From assembly GCF_001194135.2 (NCBI RefSeq), contig NC_068997.1, positions 13,604,603 through 13,638,971 on the forward strand: a stretch of 34,369 nucleotides of DNA. The letters are read 5' to 3'. Under the pieces are notes generated by a model, which worked only from the letters and a program-made list of their open reading frames with translations, ran no database searches and was not told the DNA's origin. Position numbers and translations under genes: made by a program. Of this stretch, positions 22,447 through 34,369 are shown in pieces. Position 1 is the first letter of the stretch. The number at the start of each line of letters is the position of its first letter. This DNA comes from Octopus bimaculoides. Taxonomy: Eukaryota.

Positions 22447-23277
22447 AGAATATAATACAATTGTAATTAGTACCACCGATTTTTCTTTGTTTAGTAGTAG
22501 TAGTAGTAGTGTTTTAGAGCTAGCTGTCGAAGCAGCGTATCATCCACATTGTTAATTTAGAATGGGATTTGAAATACGGGAAGAGATGGATTTTAGTTTC
22601 ACGCATTTCCAAATCGAAAAAACAAACCAACAACAAAGAAAGAAACAAGCAAAACAAGCAAAAAAAGAAATAATAATAATAAAATAAAATAAAATAAAAA
22701 AATAAAAAGAAAACAGAGAAAGAAATAAAGAAAGAAATTAAATAAGTCCAGCTAATAAGAAACCTTCAGGCAAGGCCATTTCGGTTTATTAAGTTAATTT
22801 CTATGGCCAGGGTATCTTTCGGGATGTTTGTTATACGTTTCTACTTTTCTACTGAGGTGTATATTTGGTCTCATTTGTTCTGCACATCACAAGCCATTCA
22901 AGTCATTTTATGTTTACTTTACCTCGAACGCGTGATTGATTTCGTTTTGCTTTTATCTATATAGTCTAGCAAAAGTCAGTAGACTGGAGACAATCTGTTT
23001 GCTTCGTTAATAGAAGCGCTTTTAATTTGCAAATCTCCTAAACATTTTGTGCACTTTTCCCCCACCCCTGATTTACATAATTAACTATTCTTTCCTTACG
23101 GGAATTTAATTGAATGGTATTTGATACACTTTTAGCATTCTCCTATGTTATATATTTATTTACCAGTTCATTAAGAGTGAAAATTTGTACTTTCATTCTA
23201 TTCTTATTTAGTTGTATCTAATCATTCTTAACAAAGTGTGGATAAATGTATATTTTCTCGTTTTCTCCCCACTCTTC

Positions 23278-23309
23278 CTCTTTACCGCTCTCGCTCTCTC
23301 TCTCTCTAC

Positions 23310-23349
<40 letters not shown>

Positions 23350-23410
23350 ATCTCTCTCTACCTCTCTCTCTCTCTCTCTCTCTCCCTCTATCTTTCTCTC
23401 TCTCTGCCTC
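23278..23410. repeat. (CT)n tract
   Basis: Visible. Confidence 0.92.
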
Positions 23411-23489
23411 TGTGTCTACGAAACAAAGACGTCGGTGAGAGTCGAAACTTCGAATACATATTAACGCCTTGCATTTTTTATCTTCTCTC

Positions 23490-23845
23490 GTTTTCAGTCA
23501 TTTGATTGCGACCATGCTGGGGCAGCGCCTTGAAGAACCTTTTGGTTGAATGAAACGACACCAAAACTTATATTTTTCTTTTAACCTTAGTATTTATTCT
23601 AGCGGTCTCTTTTTGCCTAACCGCTACGTTAAAAGGATACAATGAACCCACAACCGGATGTCAAACATATGTGGAGGATAGACATAGACAAACACACACA
23701 CACACACACACATAGAATGGGCTTCTACTCACAAGGCTTTGGTTGCCCAAGACTATTGTAGAAGTCACTTACCAAAGGTTCCATGCAGTGGGACTGAATC
23801 CTGAACGATGTTTTTGGGAAGCAAGCATATTACCACACAGCCACG
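23490..23845 (-). mobile_element. Family A SINE
   Basis: ttttcagtcatttgattgcgaccatgctgg...ctcacaaggctttgg...gggactgaatcc...ccacacagccac, with internal (CA)n. Confidence 0.88.
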
Positions 23846-23860
23846 ACAGAACCTACATAT

Positions 23861-24074
23861 TAGTTTCAAATTTTGGCAAAAAAGCATCAATATTGGGTAA
23901 GGGCTGAATCGGTTACACCGACCCTATTGCTCACCTGGTACTTATTTTATCGACCTCGGAAGGGTAAAAGGTAAAGACCACCTCGCCGGAATTTGAACTC
24001 AGAACATAAAGTCAGACGAAATACCGCTAAGCATTTCGCCCGGTGCGGTAACGATTCTGCGACTTCACAGCCTT
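23861..24074 (-). mobile_element. Full-length family B SINE
   Basis: ggtacttattttatcgacctcggaagg...ggaatttgaactcagaac...gaaataccgctaagcatttcgcccgg. Confidence 0.88.
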
Positions 24075-24361
24075 GATGCCTTAGTATATTGACAGTTATT
24101 GACAATTCTAAGACGAACGAATGAGATTCAATTGTCTGTTAAATTTTATTTTCTTATCACTTTTTACAATCCGTTCTTCACTGTTTTCCAATATTCAGTT
24201 AAATTGAAAGAAAGAGGTTTGATCTAATTTACTAAAAACATTATATATGTAGTCAAAATACAGCGTCTGTCAATCAAAGGCTTTGGAAATAACAAAGTGG
24301 TCTGAAATTGTGAAGAAAGCCTATGAGATGTGTTTGTGCCTGTATATACTTATATGTATGT

Positions 24362-24525
24362 AAGCCAGCGAGCAGGCAGAATCATTAGCAAATCAATCAA
24401 AATGCTTAGTGGCATTTTGTCCGTCTTTATTTTGCGTTCAAATTCCGTCGAGGTGGACTTTGCCCTTCATCCTTTCAGGGTCGATGAAGTAAGTACCATT
24501 TCAGCACTAGCGTTGATGTAATTTC
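24362..24525 (+). mobile_element. Family B SINE, opposite orientation to its neighbours
   Basis: ggcagaatcattagc...gcgttcaaattccgtcgaggtggactttgcccttcatcctttcagggtcgatgaagtaagtacc. Confidence 0.85.
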
Positions 24526-24562
24526 AGGCCTTTTGCCTGTAGTAGCAAGGATATATTTATAT

Positions 24563-24595
<33 letters not shown>

Positions 24596-24699
24596 NNNNN
24601 NNNNNNNNNNNNNNNNNNNNNNNNNNNNNNNNNNNNNNNNNNNNNNNNNNNNNNNNNNNNNNNNNNNNNNNNNNNNNNNNNNNNNNNNNNNNNNNNNNN

Positions 24700-24742
<43 letters not shown>

Positions 24743-24940
24743 CATTGCTATATATACACTTATCAAGACCGTTGTACTACACTTTGACAATTTTTAATAT
24801 ATTGGTATATGGAGCATCTGGTGATACAATAGTTCCACCAAAAGAACCGGCTTTTGCAAGCAAAAATAAATATTAAAAGAAACGCAAGTGGCTAAATATG
24901 GACATACGACAGTTTAACATAATAGCAAAATTATATTCTT

Positions 24941-25122
24941 TTCTACACTACGCACAAAGCCTGAAATTTTGGGGCACGGGGCCAGTCGATTAGACCGACC
25001 CCGGTACGCAACTGGTACTTAATTTATCGACCCCGAAATGATGAGTCCAGAATGTAAAGACTGACCAAATACCGTTAAGTGTTTCGCCCGGCGCGTTAAC
25101 GTTTCTGCCAGCTCACCGCCTT
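24941..25122 (-). mobile_element. Family B SINE with internal deletion
   Basis: cagtcgattagaccgaccccggtacgcaactggtacttaatttatcgaccccgaaatgatgag, then jumps to ccagaatgtaaagac...ctgccagctcaccgcctt. Confidence 0.85.
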
Positions 25123-26021
25123 GATGGCAACAATATATTTTTTATTGAGCTTGAATTAGGAATTGAACTTTTCCATTCAGCCCCTCTCTATATCTGTTCT
25201 GAACAGGCGCGTATTCAATTGTTTTTGTCAATTTGCTTTGACTATGTTTCTGGCCATAACTATTTAATTTCTGCCTGCATGCTTCTATTTACGTGAATGT
25301 GTGTGAATGCATATATGTGCGGATAAAATGCATCGATTTATTGTATATATACATATATATTTATCAATTATAACCATAAACGTTCAATTTCAATTTTATG
25401 TGAGGTCAATGTAATCTAATTTATCATTTTTTTTTCATTCTTGAAGAGCTAATAGCTTAAAGAAAGTAATTGAAAAATAAAAACTAGAAAATACATAACA
25501 AAAGGAATGCGTATCCAGCAGGGATATTTTCCTCCCAACGACAACTTCTATATGGTTTGTCTACACGTACTAATTAGTTTATTAATCGAATGAGGTCCCT
25601 CTAATTCTAATATTAACTTAATTAAATCTAGAATACTATTTTCAAGGATAGTAAAAGCTATTAAATGAAAGACAATTTTAAAACGGAAAATAATAAATGA
25701 AAATACATATCATAACGGAATCAAATTAAATGAAATAAATACGACAATCTAAAAATAAATATAAACTGAGAGTGAATATATGTGTGTGTCTGTGTGTATG
25801 TGTATCTGAGTCTGTATGCATACATGTGTGTACGCATGCGTGAGTGTGTGTGTGGTTTATTAGAATCACATTACTTTTATTCCCTAAGGTTCTTTGAGTA
25901 GGTACATTCACATGTAGAGGCATCAAGATATTAATTCCTTGTGGCAATTTAATAATTTGGCATGATTTTCGAGGATCATTAGACTTTTCGCGAGCAGTAT
26001 TGTGAATGGAAATAATCTATG

Positions 26022-26158
26022 GTTGGTACTCCGTCGCTTACGACGTCGAGGGTTCCAGTTGATCTGATCAATGGAACAGCCTGCTCGTGAAATTAACGTG
26101 CAAGTGGCTGAGCACTCCACAGACACGTGTACCCTTAACATAGTTCTCGGGGATATTC
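26022..26158 (-). mobile_element. 3' tail of a family C/D SINE, truncated by an assembly gap
   Basis: Near-exact reverse complement of 29383-29518. Confidence 0.9.
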
Positions 26159-26693
26159 NNNNNNNNNNNNNNNNNNNNNNNNNNNNNNNNNNNNNNNNNN
26201 NNNNNNNNNNNNNNNNNNNNNNNNNNNNNNNNNNNNNNNNNNNNNNNNNNNNNNNNNNNNNNNNNNNNNNNNNNNNNNNNNNNNNNNNNNNNNNNNNNNN
26301 NNNNNNNNNNNNNNNNNNNNNNNNNNNNNNNNNNNNNNNNNNNNNNNNNNNNNNNNNNNNNNNNNNNNNNNNNNNNNNNNNNNNNNNNNNNNNNNNNNNN
26401 NNNNNNNNNNNNNNNNNNNNNNNNNNNNNNNNNNNNNNNNNNNNNNNNNNNNNNNNNNNNNNNNNNNNNNNNNNNNNNNNNNNNNNNNNNNNNNNNNNNN
26501 NNNNNNNNNNNNNNNNNNNNNNNNNNNNNNNNNNNNNNNNNNNNNNNNNNNNNNNNNNNNNNNNNNNNNNNNNNNNNNNNNNNNNNNNNNNNNNNNNNNN
26601 NNNNNNNNNNNNNNNNNNNNNNNNNNNNNNNNNNNNNNNNNNNNNNNNNNNNNNNNNNNNNNNNNNNNNNNNNNNNNNNNNNNNNNNNNNNNN

Positions 26694-26848
26694 TAGACGG
26701 AAACGGAAAGAAGCCCGTCGTATATATCTACTCACAAGGATTTGGTCGGCTCGAGGCTATAGTAGAAGACACTTGCCCAAAACGTCACGCAGTGAGACTG
26801 AACCCGAAACCATATGGTCGAAAAGCAAGCTTCTTAACACACAGCGAC
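26694..26848 (-). mobile_element. Family A SINE 5' half joined to an oppositely oriented family A segment
   Basis: 26694-26727 is in + orientation (tagacggaaacggaaagaagcccgtcg), whereas 26729-26848 is a minus-strand head and core. Confidence 0.8.
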
Positions 26849-26856
26849 CCCTAACC

Positions 26857-26892
<36 letters not shown>

Positions 26893-27235
26893 GCTTCAAT
26901 CATGGAACTAAGGCCATGCTGGGGCACCACCTCAAAGTGTTTAGTCCACTCTAGTACTTATTTTTCAAGTCTGGCACTTATTCTATAGCTCACTTTACAG
27001 ACCGCTAAGTAACAGAAACACAAACAAACCAACATTGTTTATGAAGCGATGGTGGGAGAAACCGCCAACACATGCACATAAATACACAGAACTTTTCTTT
27101 CGACACCCGTCTAATCCACTCACGTGACTTTCGTCGGCCTGGAGCTATAACAGGAGATGTTTGCTCAGGGTGCTTAGCGTTGGGATAGAGCCTGGAACCA
27201 TGCGGTTGGGAAACATATTTCACACGACACAGCTA
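26893..27235 (-). mobile_element. Diverged family A SINE
   Basis: ggccatgctggggcacc...accgctaagtaac...atccactcacgtgactttcgtcggcc...gagcctggaaccatgcggttggg. Confidence 0.8.
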
Positions 27236-27239
27236 CTGT

Positions 27240-27307
27240 TGTGCTTATGTATGTATGTATATATGTATGTATGTATGTATGTATGTAGAAAAAGATATGT
27301 CCGTGCA

Positions 27308-27370
<63 letters not shown>

Positions 27371-27507
27371 ATGCCTCATTTATTAAAGGGGCTTCTTATT
27401 GTTGATAATCGTTGTATAGAATGTTTAAATGCCCGCTTTTGTGAGCAAAATCCTCTTTTAACCGATTTATATTATTTCAGTAGGGTATGACCGTTGATTT
27501 ATGATGC

Positions 27508-27548
<41 letters not shown>

Positions 27549-27655
27549 ATAAGTACATGTGCGCTCATTCACACACACACATACACACTCGTACACACGC
27601 ACACGCACACACGCACACACGCACACACGCTCACACATGCATACATAAACACATG

Positions 27656-27696
<41 letters not shown>

Positions 27697-27805
27697 CACA
27701 CACATATATATATACATACATATATATATATATATACTCACACACACAGCAACAACTCCCGAGCTGAAATTAGTAAAAGAATAAATATATGTATGATATA
27801 TATAT
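27240..27805. repeat. Microsatellite cluster (TATG, TG, CA, TA)
   Basis: Visible simple repeats. Confidence 0.9.
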
Positions 27806-28041
27806 NNNNNNNNNNNNNNNNNNNNNNNNNNNNNNNNNNNNNNNNNNNNNNNNNNNNNNNNNNNNNNNNNNNNNNNNNNNNNNNNNNNNNNNNNNNNNNT
27901 ATATGGTATATTTCAGTCTGCTTTGAAATGTGTTGTACGTGTGTTCCCTTACGTGCAAAAATGTTTATGTTTATTTGCTTTGAATTCCGCTTTGTTGAAA
28001 TAAAATAAAATTTGAAATAAACTTTTTAAAAAAGCAGCTGT

Positions 28042-28044
<3 letters not shown>

Positions 28045-28078
<34 letters not shown>

Positions 28079-28120
28079 CGGTAGCAGCAGAAGCAGCAGC
28101 AGCAGCAAAAACAACAACAA
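28045..28120. repeat. (CAA)n/(CAG)n microsatellite
   Basis: Visible triplet run. Confidence 0.9.
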
Positions 28121-28783
28121 AGCGAAAGCAAGCATTGATTGATTTCCAGTGGGCCGCGAAGAGTTAAACGCTGTTTATCGCTTATTAAGCTGGTGACGCT
28201 TTTGTCAAGCAGGAGACCTTTCTCCCTTAACCCAATCTCAGATTAAGTATGAAGTAGCGATGGCTGTCTGCAAGCGACTTTCAAATTGAATGATTACCTT
28301 GTTTGTTCGGCAGTTAAATTTATTTGTTTATTTATTTGAATTTTACTTTTTTAAAATTTAAGTACGCTCACTTTCGGTTTTAAAACAAATGAAATCGCAG
28401 CGCTCTGTGTCTGTGTGTCCGCTCTTCTAAAAATCTGGCATGCTCGCTTGCTGGTTTCCTTATTTTTCAAGCTTTCGTTGCCGACCACAACACTCACGTA
28501 TACAGAACACCCACATTTGCTTTTATAGCATGTGTGTGTTTGTGTGTGTAAATGTGTGTATCTATTTGCATGTATGTGTGTGAATATTTGCATGTGTTTC
28601 TGTTTAAAAGAGACAATAACGAATAATTGCGATAAACTATTCATGTATGTATTCGTTTACACATTTGTGTGTGTACTCTTTCTATGTATGGATGTATGTA
28701 TATATGTATATGTATGCATGTGTGTCTTTCTGTATGGCTGTACATATAAATATGTGAGTGTGTGTGTACGTGCGAGCATATAT

Positions 28784-28843
<60 letters not shown>

Positions 28844-29006
28844 TTACGTTTGTGTCTGTCAATGTATATAAATATATGATTATATAAGTATGCATATATG
28901 TAAATATTCATCAATGTATATGAAATCCAAGCCTGCACTAGTATTAACCATTTCAGCGTAACAACACTGGGTGTACAGTCATCATATATTATTTGGGTGT
29001 AGTCTT

Positions 29007-29041
<35 letters not shown>

Positions 29042-29123
29042 AATCGACTGTATTGTACATACAACACACACGCACACCCATCCATCTATATACATATACA
29101 TGTAGGTATGTATGTAAATGTGT

Positions 29124-29526
29124 GAAGGCGCGTGGCTTAATAGTTAGGTGTATTCGGCTCAAGATCGTAAGGTCGTGAGATCAATTTCTGGCGACGCGTT
29201 ATGTCCTTGAGCAAGACATTTTATTTCACGTTGCTCTAGTCTACTCAGTGAAGGCGCAATGGTCCAGTGGTTAGGGCAGTGGACTCGCTGTACTCTTTCG
29301 CCACAACTTTCTCTCACTCTTACTTCCTGTTTCTGTTGTGCCTGTAATTCAAAGGGTCAGCCTTGTCACACTGTGTCACGCTGAATATCCCCGAGAACTA
29401 CGTTAAGGGTACACGTGTCTGTGGAGTGCTCAACCACTTGCACGTTAATTTCACGAACAGGCTGTTCCGTTGATCGGATCAACTGGAACCCTCGACATCG
29501 TAAGCGACGGAGTGCCAACAACAACA
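29124..29526 (+). mobile_element. Double-headed SINE: family C head (29124-29249) plus a second tRNA-like head (29250-29288), then the shared tail ending in (CAA)n
   Basis: Both heads start gaaggcgc with an A box (tggcttaatagt; tggtccagtggt), and the second lacks a B box. The tail contains the gttgatcggatcaac stem-loop and ends ggagtgccaacaacaaca. Confidence 0.85.
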
Positions 29527-29815
29527 TTACAATACAGAACGTATCAAGAAAAAAATTAAAATATTCGATGAGAGATCTTTCTCTTCCGTCAAGCCATGAA
29601 CGACTTTTCAAGTTTCCTTTCAAACCCTAATCGTCTGGTGAATTTACCAAAAAACGTAGGTGACTGTGGTGAGAATGGCTTGAATGAAAGGAATTACTCG
29701 GGTGCAATAAGTTGAAGAGCAAATTTTGGGAGAGGGCATATACCCTAGGTGGTGAGGGTAAATTTGGATGCATGGAGCCTCTCAGTGGCCCAAGTTATTC
29801 TTTTATTCATTTATT

Positions 29816-30011
29816 TGTTTCAGACATTTGACTGCGGCCATGTTGGAGCACGGCCTTTAGTCGAAGAAATCGACTCCAGGACTTATTCTATGTAAGCCTA
29901 GTACTTATTTTATCGGTGTCTTTTACCGAACAGCTAAGTTACAGGGAAGTAAACATACCAAGATCGGTTGTCAAGCAATGGTGATGGTGGTGGGAGCAAA
30001 CACAGACACAT

Positions 30012-30073
<62 letters not shown>

Positions 30074-30224
30074 GTATATATATTTACGACGGGCTTCTTT
30101 CCGTTTCCGTCTACCAGATCAACTCACAAGGCCCGGGGGTATAGCAGAAGACACTTGCCCAAGGTGCCACGCAGTGGGACTGAACCCAGAACCATGAGGT
30201 TGGGAAGCAAGCTTCTTACCACAC
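29816..30224 (-). mobile_element. Family A SINE with internal (CA)n(TA)n
   Basis: tgtttcagacatttgactgcggccatgttggagcac...acgacgggcttctttcc...gaagacacttgcccaaggtgccacgcagtgggactgaaccc. Confidence 0.9.
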
Positions 30225-30359
30225 TTTCATCTCCTTTCCGAACTGTTTCTATTTCAAGCAGTTTAATGGAAACACCTCCCCTTGTAACCTTTCTGGTAAC
30301 GTCCTTTTCATACGATGGAAATATGGCAAAAACCAAAAGGCAACCCTCGTTGTCATCAT

Positions 30360-30497
30360 CACTCCATTCTCCTCTGCTTCCTCCGCCTCCTCCTTCTCCT
30401 CCTCCTCCTCCTCCTCCTCATCATCCTCATCATCATTACTACCACCATGACTGCTACCATTATTTCTTCTTCTTCTTCTTCTTCTTCTTCTTCTTCT
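30360..30497. repeat. Mixed CCT/CAT/CTT trinucleotide tract running into a gap
   Basis: Visible. Confidence 0.9.
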
Positions 30498-31371
30498 NNN
30501 NNNNNNNNNNNNNNNNNNNNNNNNNNNNNNNNNNNNNNNNNNNNNNNNNNNNNNNNNNNNNNNNNNNNNNNNNNNNNNNNNNNNNNNNNNNNNNNNNNNN
30601 NNNNNNNNNNNNNNNNNNNNNNNNNNNNNNNNNNNNNNNNNNNNNNNNNNNNNNNNNNNNNNNNNNNNNNNNNNNNNNNNNNNNNNNNNNNNNNNNNNNN
30701 NNNNNNNNNNNNNNNNNNNNNNNNNNNNNNNNNNNNNNNNNNNNNNNNNNNNNNNNNNNNNNNNNNNNNNNNNNNNNNNNNNNNNNNNNNNNNNNNNNNN
30801 NNNNNNNNNNNNNNNNNNNNNNNNNNNNNNNNNNNNNNNNNNNNNNNNNNNNNNNNNNNNNNNNNNNNNNNNNNNNATATATGTATGTATGTATGTATGT
30901 ATGTACATATATGTATATATAAACATTTGGTCAATTAACAATAGCTAGTTTCGTAAAAAAATTGGCCACTGAACGGGTATAATTGCCCGTCCAATATAAT
31001 TTGACCCTTTTTAACAATACCAAATAAGACCACTTGCTTGAACTAGTCTAAAGGTCATTCTCAATTATTTGACCTTCCTCTAATAGCTTCATTTATATCT
31101 ACTGATTGCAAACCTAAATAGATCTAAGGGTGGTCCCAACCCATTCATTTACACACACCTTCTATAACTTTCTATTACAAGTTCTGCAACTTTAAATTAG
31201 TTTTCCAAGTCAGCTACAGATACTACCCAGCCCCCAAAACACACAACCAAGGTCAACATACCGTTATATATACTGCCAACAGTTTTTTTCCTAATACTGC
31301 AGTTGAGAACAGCCCTTTCCAGAGCATAGCCTTGAGTAGGCTGTTTACTTGATGATAAAAATAAACACTAT

Positions 31372-31382
31372 CTATCTACCTA

Positions 31383-31421
<39 letters not shown>

Positions 31422-31483
31422 ATCTATCTATCTATCTATCTATCTGTCTGTCTATCTATTTTTCGGTTAGTCTGTCTGTCTGA

Positions 31484-31521
<38 letters not shown>
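31372..31521. repeat. (CTAT)n/(CTGT)n/(CT)n microsatellite
   Basis: Visible. Confidence 0.92.
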
Positions 31522-31775
31522 NNNNNNNNNNNNNNNNNNNNNNNNNNNNNNNNNNNNNNNNNNNNNNNNNNNNNNNNNNNNNNNNNNNNNNNNNNNNNNN
31601 NNNNNNNNNNNNNNNNNNNNNNNNNNNNNNNNNNNNNNNNNNNNNNNNNNNNNNNNNNNNNNNNNNNNNNNNNNNNNNNNNNNNNNNNNNNNNNNNNNNN
31701 NNNNNNNNNNNNNNNNNNNNNNNNNNNNNNNNNNNNNNNNNNNNNNNNNNNNNNNNNNNNNNNNNNNNNNNNNNN

Positions 31776-31807
<32 letters not shown>

Positions 31808-32549
31808 GAATACATATATGCATATATTTATATGTACCCATATATATTTATATATAGAGAGAGGGAGAGACAGAGAACGAGGGAGAGAGACAATGAGTGA
31901 GAGAGAAATGCATACATATGTATATATGTGTATCCAAATATGCATGTACATACACTCGTACCATATTGTTGTTGAAAGAGTCTTCAATTTATGGAATCAG
32001 CGGTTTTTCATTCAATTTCGCTAAGACACAATTTTTGAAGTGTATTACAGAAGCCATTGATAATTAAAAAGTTTTTTTTTTTTTTGCAACTAATAATATG
32101 GCAGCTCAGAAGCTAGTAATTATGATGAAGGTAGTTATCTAAAGACATGTATGTATTAATTATTACGCTATAAAGAATAATTTAGACACGGACAAGCACC
32201 ATCATTACTTGTTCCAAATGAAATTATGGTTTTTCAAGGAGAATATACTAAAATTTATACACTTTCATATTTCACCTCACCTACTGGCCACTATACTTAC
32301 TTTTATTGAAACAGAAATAGTCGGCTTACAAATAAAACTTCAATTACTAAAGCACTTAGGACATGACAAGAAAGAATGTATGATATACAGCCGACGGGAA
32401 GGGATTTATGGACTTGAACGACCTGCTAGAAATAGCTCCGAAATTGCTATCAAATCTCACCTAACATCTCAGGGAAGAACTGACTTATACGAATAGTCAT
32501 CTTTGGCACGCTGTGTTTAGAAAAGCAATGTCTCGACTGGAAAAATAAA

Positions 32550-32803
32550 CTGGCACTCCACTGGTTGACGGTGACGAGTGTTCTAGTTGACCCAATCAAC
32601 AGAACAACTTGCACGTGAAATTTACGCATAGATGGCTGGAGATTCAGTGGGACACAGAATGCGAGAAACCTGGTCCTATTATTTTTTTTCTTTTGCCAGC
32701 TAAATTGACTTGAGCAACAAGAACTAAAGTATCTTGATCAAGGACATAACGTGCCGCCGGCAATCGAACTCACAACCAAATCCCCTAACCACTAAGCCAC
32801 GGG
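32550..32803 (-). mobile_element. Old, diverged family C SINE (head plus tail)
   Basis: The reverse complement starts ccgtggcttagtggttagggg...gtgagttcgattgccgg...atgtccttgatcaag. The tail region resembles 26022-26158 (ggcactcc...ctagttgacccaatcaacagaac...gtgaaatt). Confidence 0.75.
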
Positions 32804-32832
32804 TAAAATTCTCTGGATTTAATTGATATTCG

Positions 32833-33021
32833 TTTCTACTCTAAGCACAAGGCCCGAAATTTTGGTGGAGGGGGGCCCAGTCGATTAGATCGATCCCAGT
32901 ACACAACTGGTACTTATTTAATCGACTCCGAAAGGATGAAAGGCAAAGTCGACCACGGCGGAATTTGAACTCAGAACGTAAAGACAGACGAAATACCGCT
33001 AAGCGTTTCGTTCGGTGTGCT
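32833..33021 (-). mobile_element. Family B SINE, well conserved, missing the extreme 5' end
   Basis: cagtcgattagatcgatcccagtacacaactggtacttatttaatcgactccgaaaggatgaaaggcaaagtcgaccacggcggaatttgaactcagaacg. Confidence 0.9.
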
Positions 33022-33263
33022 GAATTTAATTGATATTATCGATAAATAGATCCTTTCAAGCGATAGAGTCTTTTTATTTTGAGTCTTAAGTTATCCATGC
33101 TTCCGTGAAACTTGAATGTTGAGAGAAATATTGACTTAATTTGTGTTTCTTTGATCAGTTTCTTCCGTGCTATAAACATTTGTTCGTGAAAAGAGCTTAT
33201 CGACGTTGCCCAATAGTAAGAACAGGTGAATAAGTTCTCTTTAAGAAGGATATCTTTTGGTCT

Positions 33264-33465
33264 TTTACTTGTTTCAGTCATTTGATTTTACCCGAGCAAA
33301 TCGAACCCAGGACTTATTCTTTGTAAACCTAGTACTTATTCTATCGGTTTCTTTTGCCGAACCGCTAGTTTACGGGGACGTAAACACACCAGCATCGTTT
33401 GTCAAGCGATGCTGGGGAGACAAACACAGATACACAAACATATTCATACACACACACACAAACAA

Positions 33466-33504
<39 letters not shown>

Positions 33505-33549
33505 ATATATGTGTACGACGGGCTTCTTTCAGTTTCTGTCTACCAAATG
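33264..33549 (-). mobile_element. 5'-truncated family A SINE with internal (CA)n
   Basis: gtttcagtcatttga...ggacttattctttgtaaacctagtacttattctatcgg...acgacgggcttctttcagtttctgtctaccaaat. Confidence 0.88.
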
Positions 33550-33561
33550 CGAGAGAGAGAG

Positions 33562-33602
<41 letters not shown>

Positions 33603-33640
33603 CAAAGACAGAGAGAGACAGACTGACAGAAAGAGATAGA
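33550..33640. repeat. (GA)n/(GACA)n microsatellite
   Basis: Visible. Confidence 0.92.
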
Positions 33641-34289
33641 AATAGATGAATTGAAAGATAGGTAGGTCAGAAGCAAAGTAGCCAGCAAGATTGATATGAA
33701 CATAACTGTGATATAGATCTTGGTAAAAGCTGAAACTCTCGCAAAACATTTAATTGGCGCCAAAAACGTGAGGTTTCAAAATTATATTTGAAAACCATTT
33801 TAAAGTAAGAAAAATTTACCAAGAAACATATCGAACACACCAAACAATGAAAAAAAACAAAACGGGAGCGTATCATACAACAGGGTACACTAACGTCCTA
33901 TTCATTTGAGTAATAAATCATAAAGACCTGAAAACTAGAGCAAACCCATTGAAAATCCCTTACATCGGTTTGTAATTAACATAGCTATAACAACGTTGTT
34001 GTAGTTACGTTAATAACTGTCTTTATATCTATAGAATATTGAAGCTGTCAGCATAGTTAGTGATTTCTATTATTTAACATGACATTATATTACTTAAAGA
34101 GTTCGCCTTTGCTAAAAACATTAATTGTTCCAGTTTAGCTCATATTATTGACTCTTCTTGAAAACAACGACAATGTTTAAAGTGAGTTTTAAACCAAAGC
34201 ATCGTTATAAGCGTCTCTCATTCAATTTTATGAATGCGTATGACTTACACATAGTCGTACATATACGCACGTATGGATGCACACACTAA

Positions 34290-34316
34290 CATATATGTAT
34301 ATACATTCACACATAC

Positions 34317-34369
<53 letters not shown>
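34290..34369. repeat. (TACA)n/(TA)n microsatellite at the window end
   Basis: Visible. Confidence 0.92.

Noticed and set aside
32209-32496. 95-aa ORF, and a ~55-codon minus-strand open frame near 31200-31365
   Set aside because: They have non-ATG starts or no recognisable motif. At best there is faint similarity to LINE C-termini, which is too weak to call.
1-34369. CRISPR array or prokaryotic operon-type system
   Set aside because: There are no regularly spaced repeat-spacer units and no gene-dense segments. The window is eukaryotic non-coding DNA.

Overview
This is an AT-rich, microsatellite-saturated animal genomic window from a short-read draft assembly, with 14 N-gaps, most flanked by (TA)n, (CA)n or other simple repeats. 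The SINE sequences match what I recall from octopus, so an Octopus species is the likely source (inference). I cannot support any complete protein-coding gene: the ORF track is mostly translated microsatellites and N-runs. Recognisable content is about 23 copies or fragments of tRNA-derived SINEs in three or four families, two decayed RTE-like LINE fragments, a Penelope-like (GIY-YIG) 3' fragment and one plausible orphan exon (10578-10692). The best signal lies outside the ORF track. It is an apparently intact type I hammerhead ribozyme at 20602-20701 (+), with an unusually long 58-nt helix II and a palindromic helix III. A minimal hammerhead also sits at the end of the Penelope fragment (12655-12693), and a probable decayed third one lies at 3971-3999 (-). 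Family names were assigned from memory, not from database searches.
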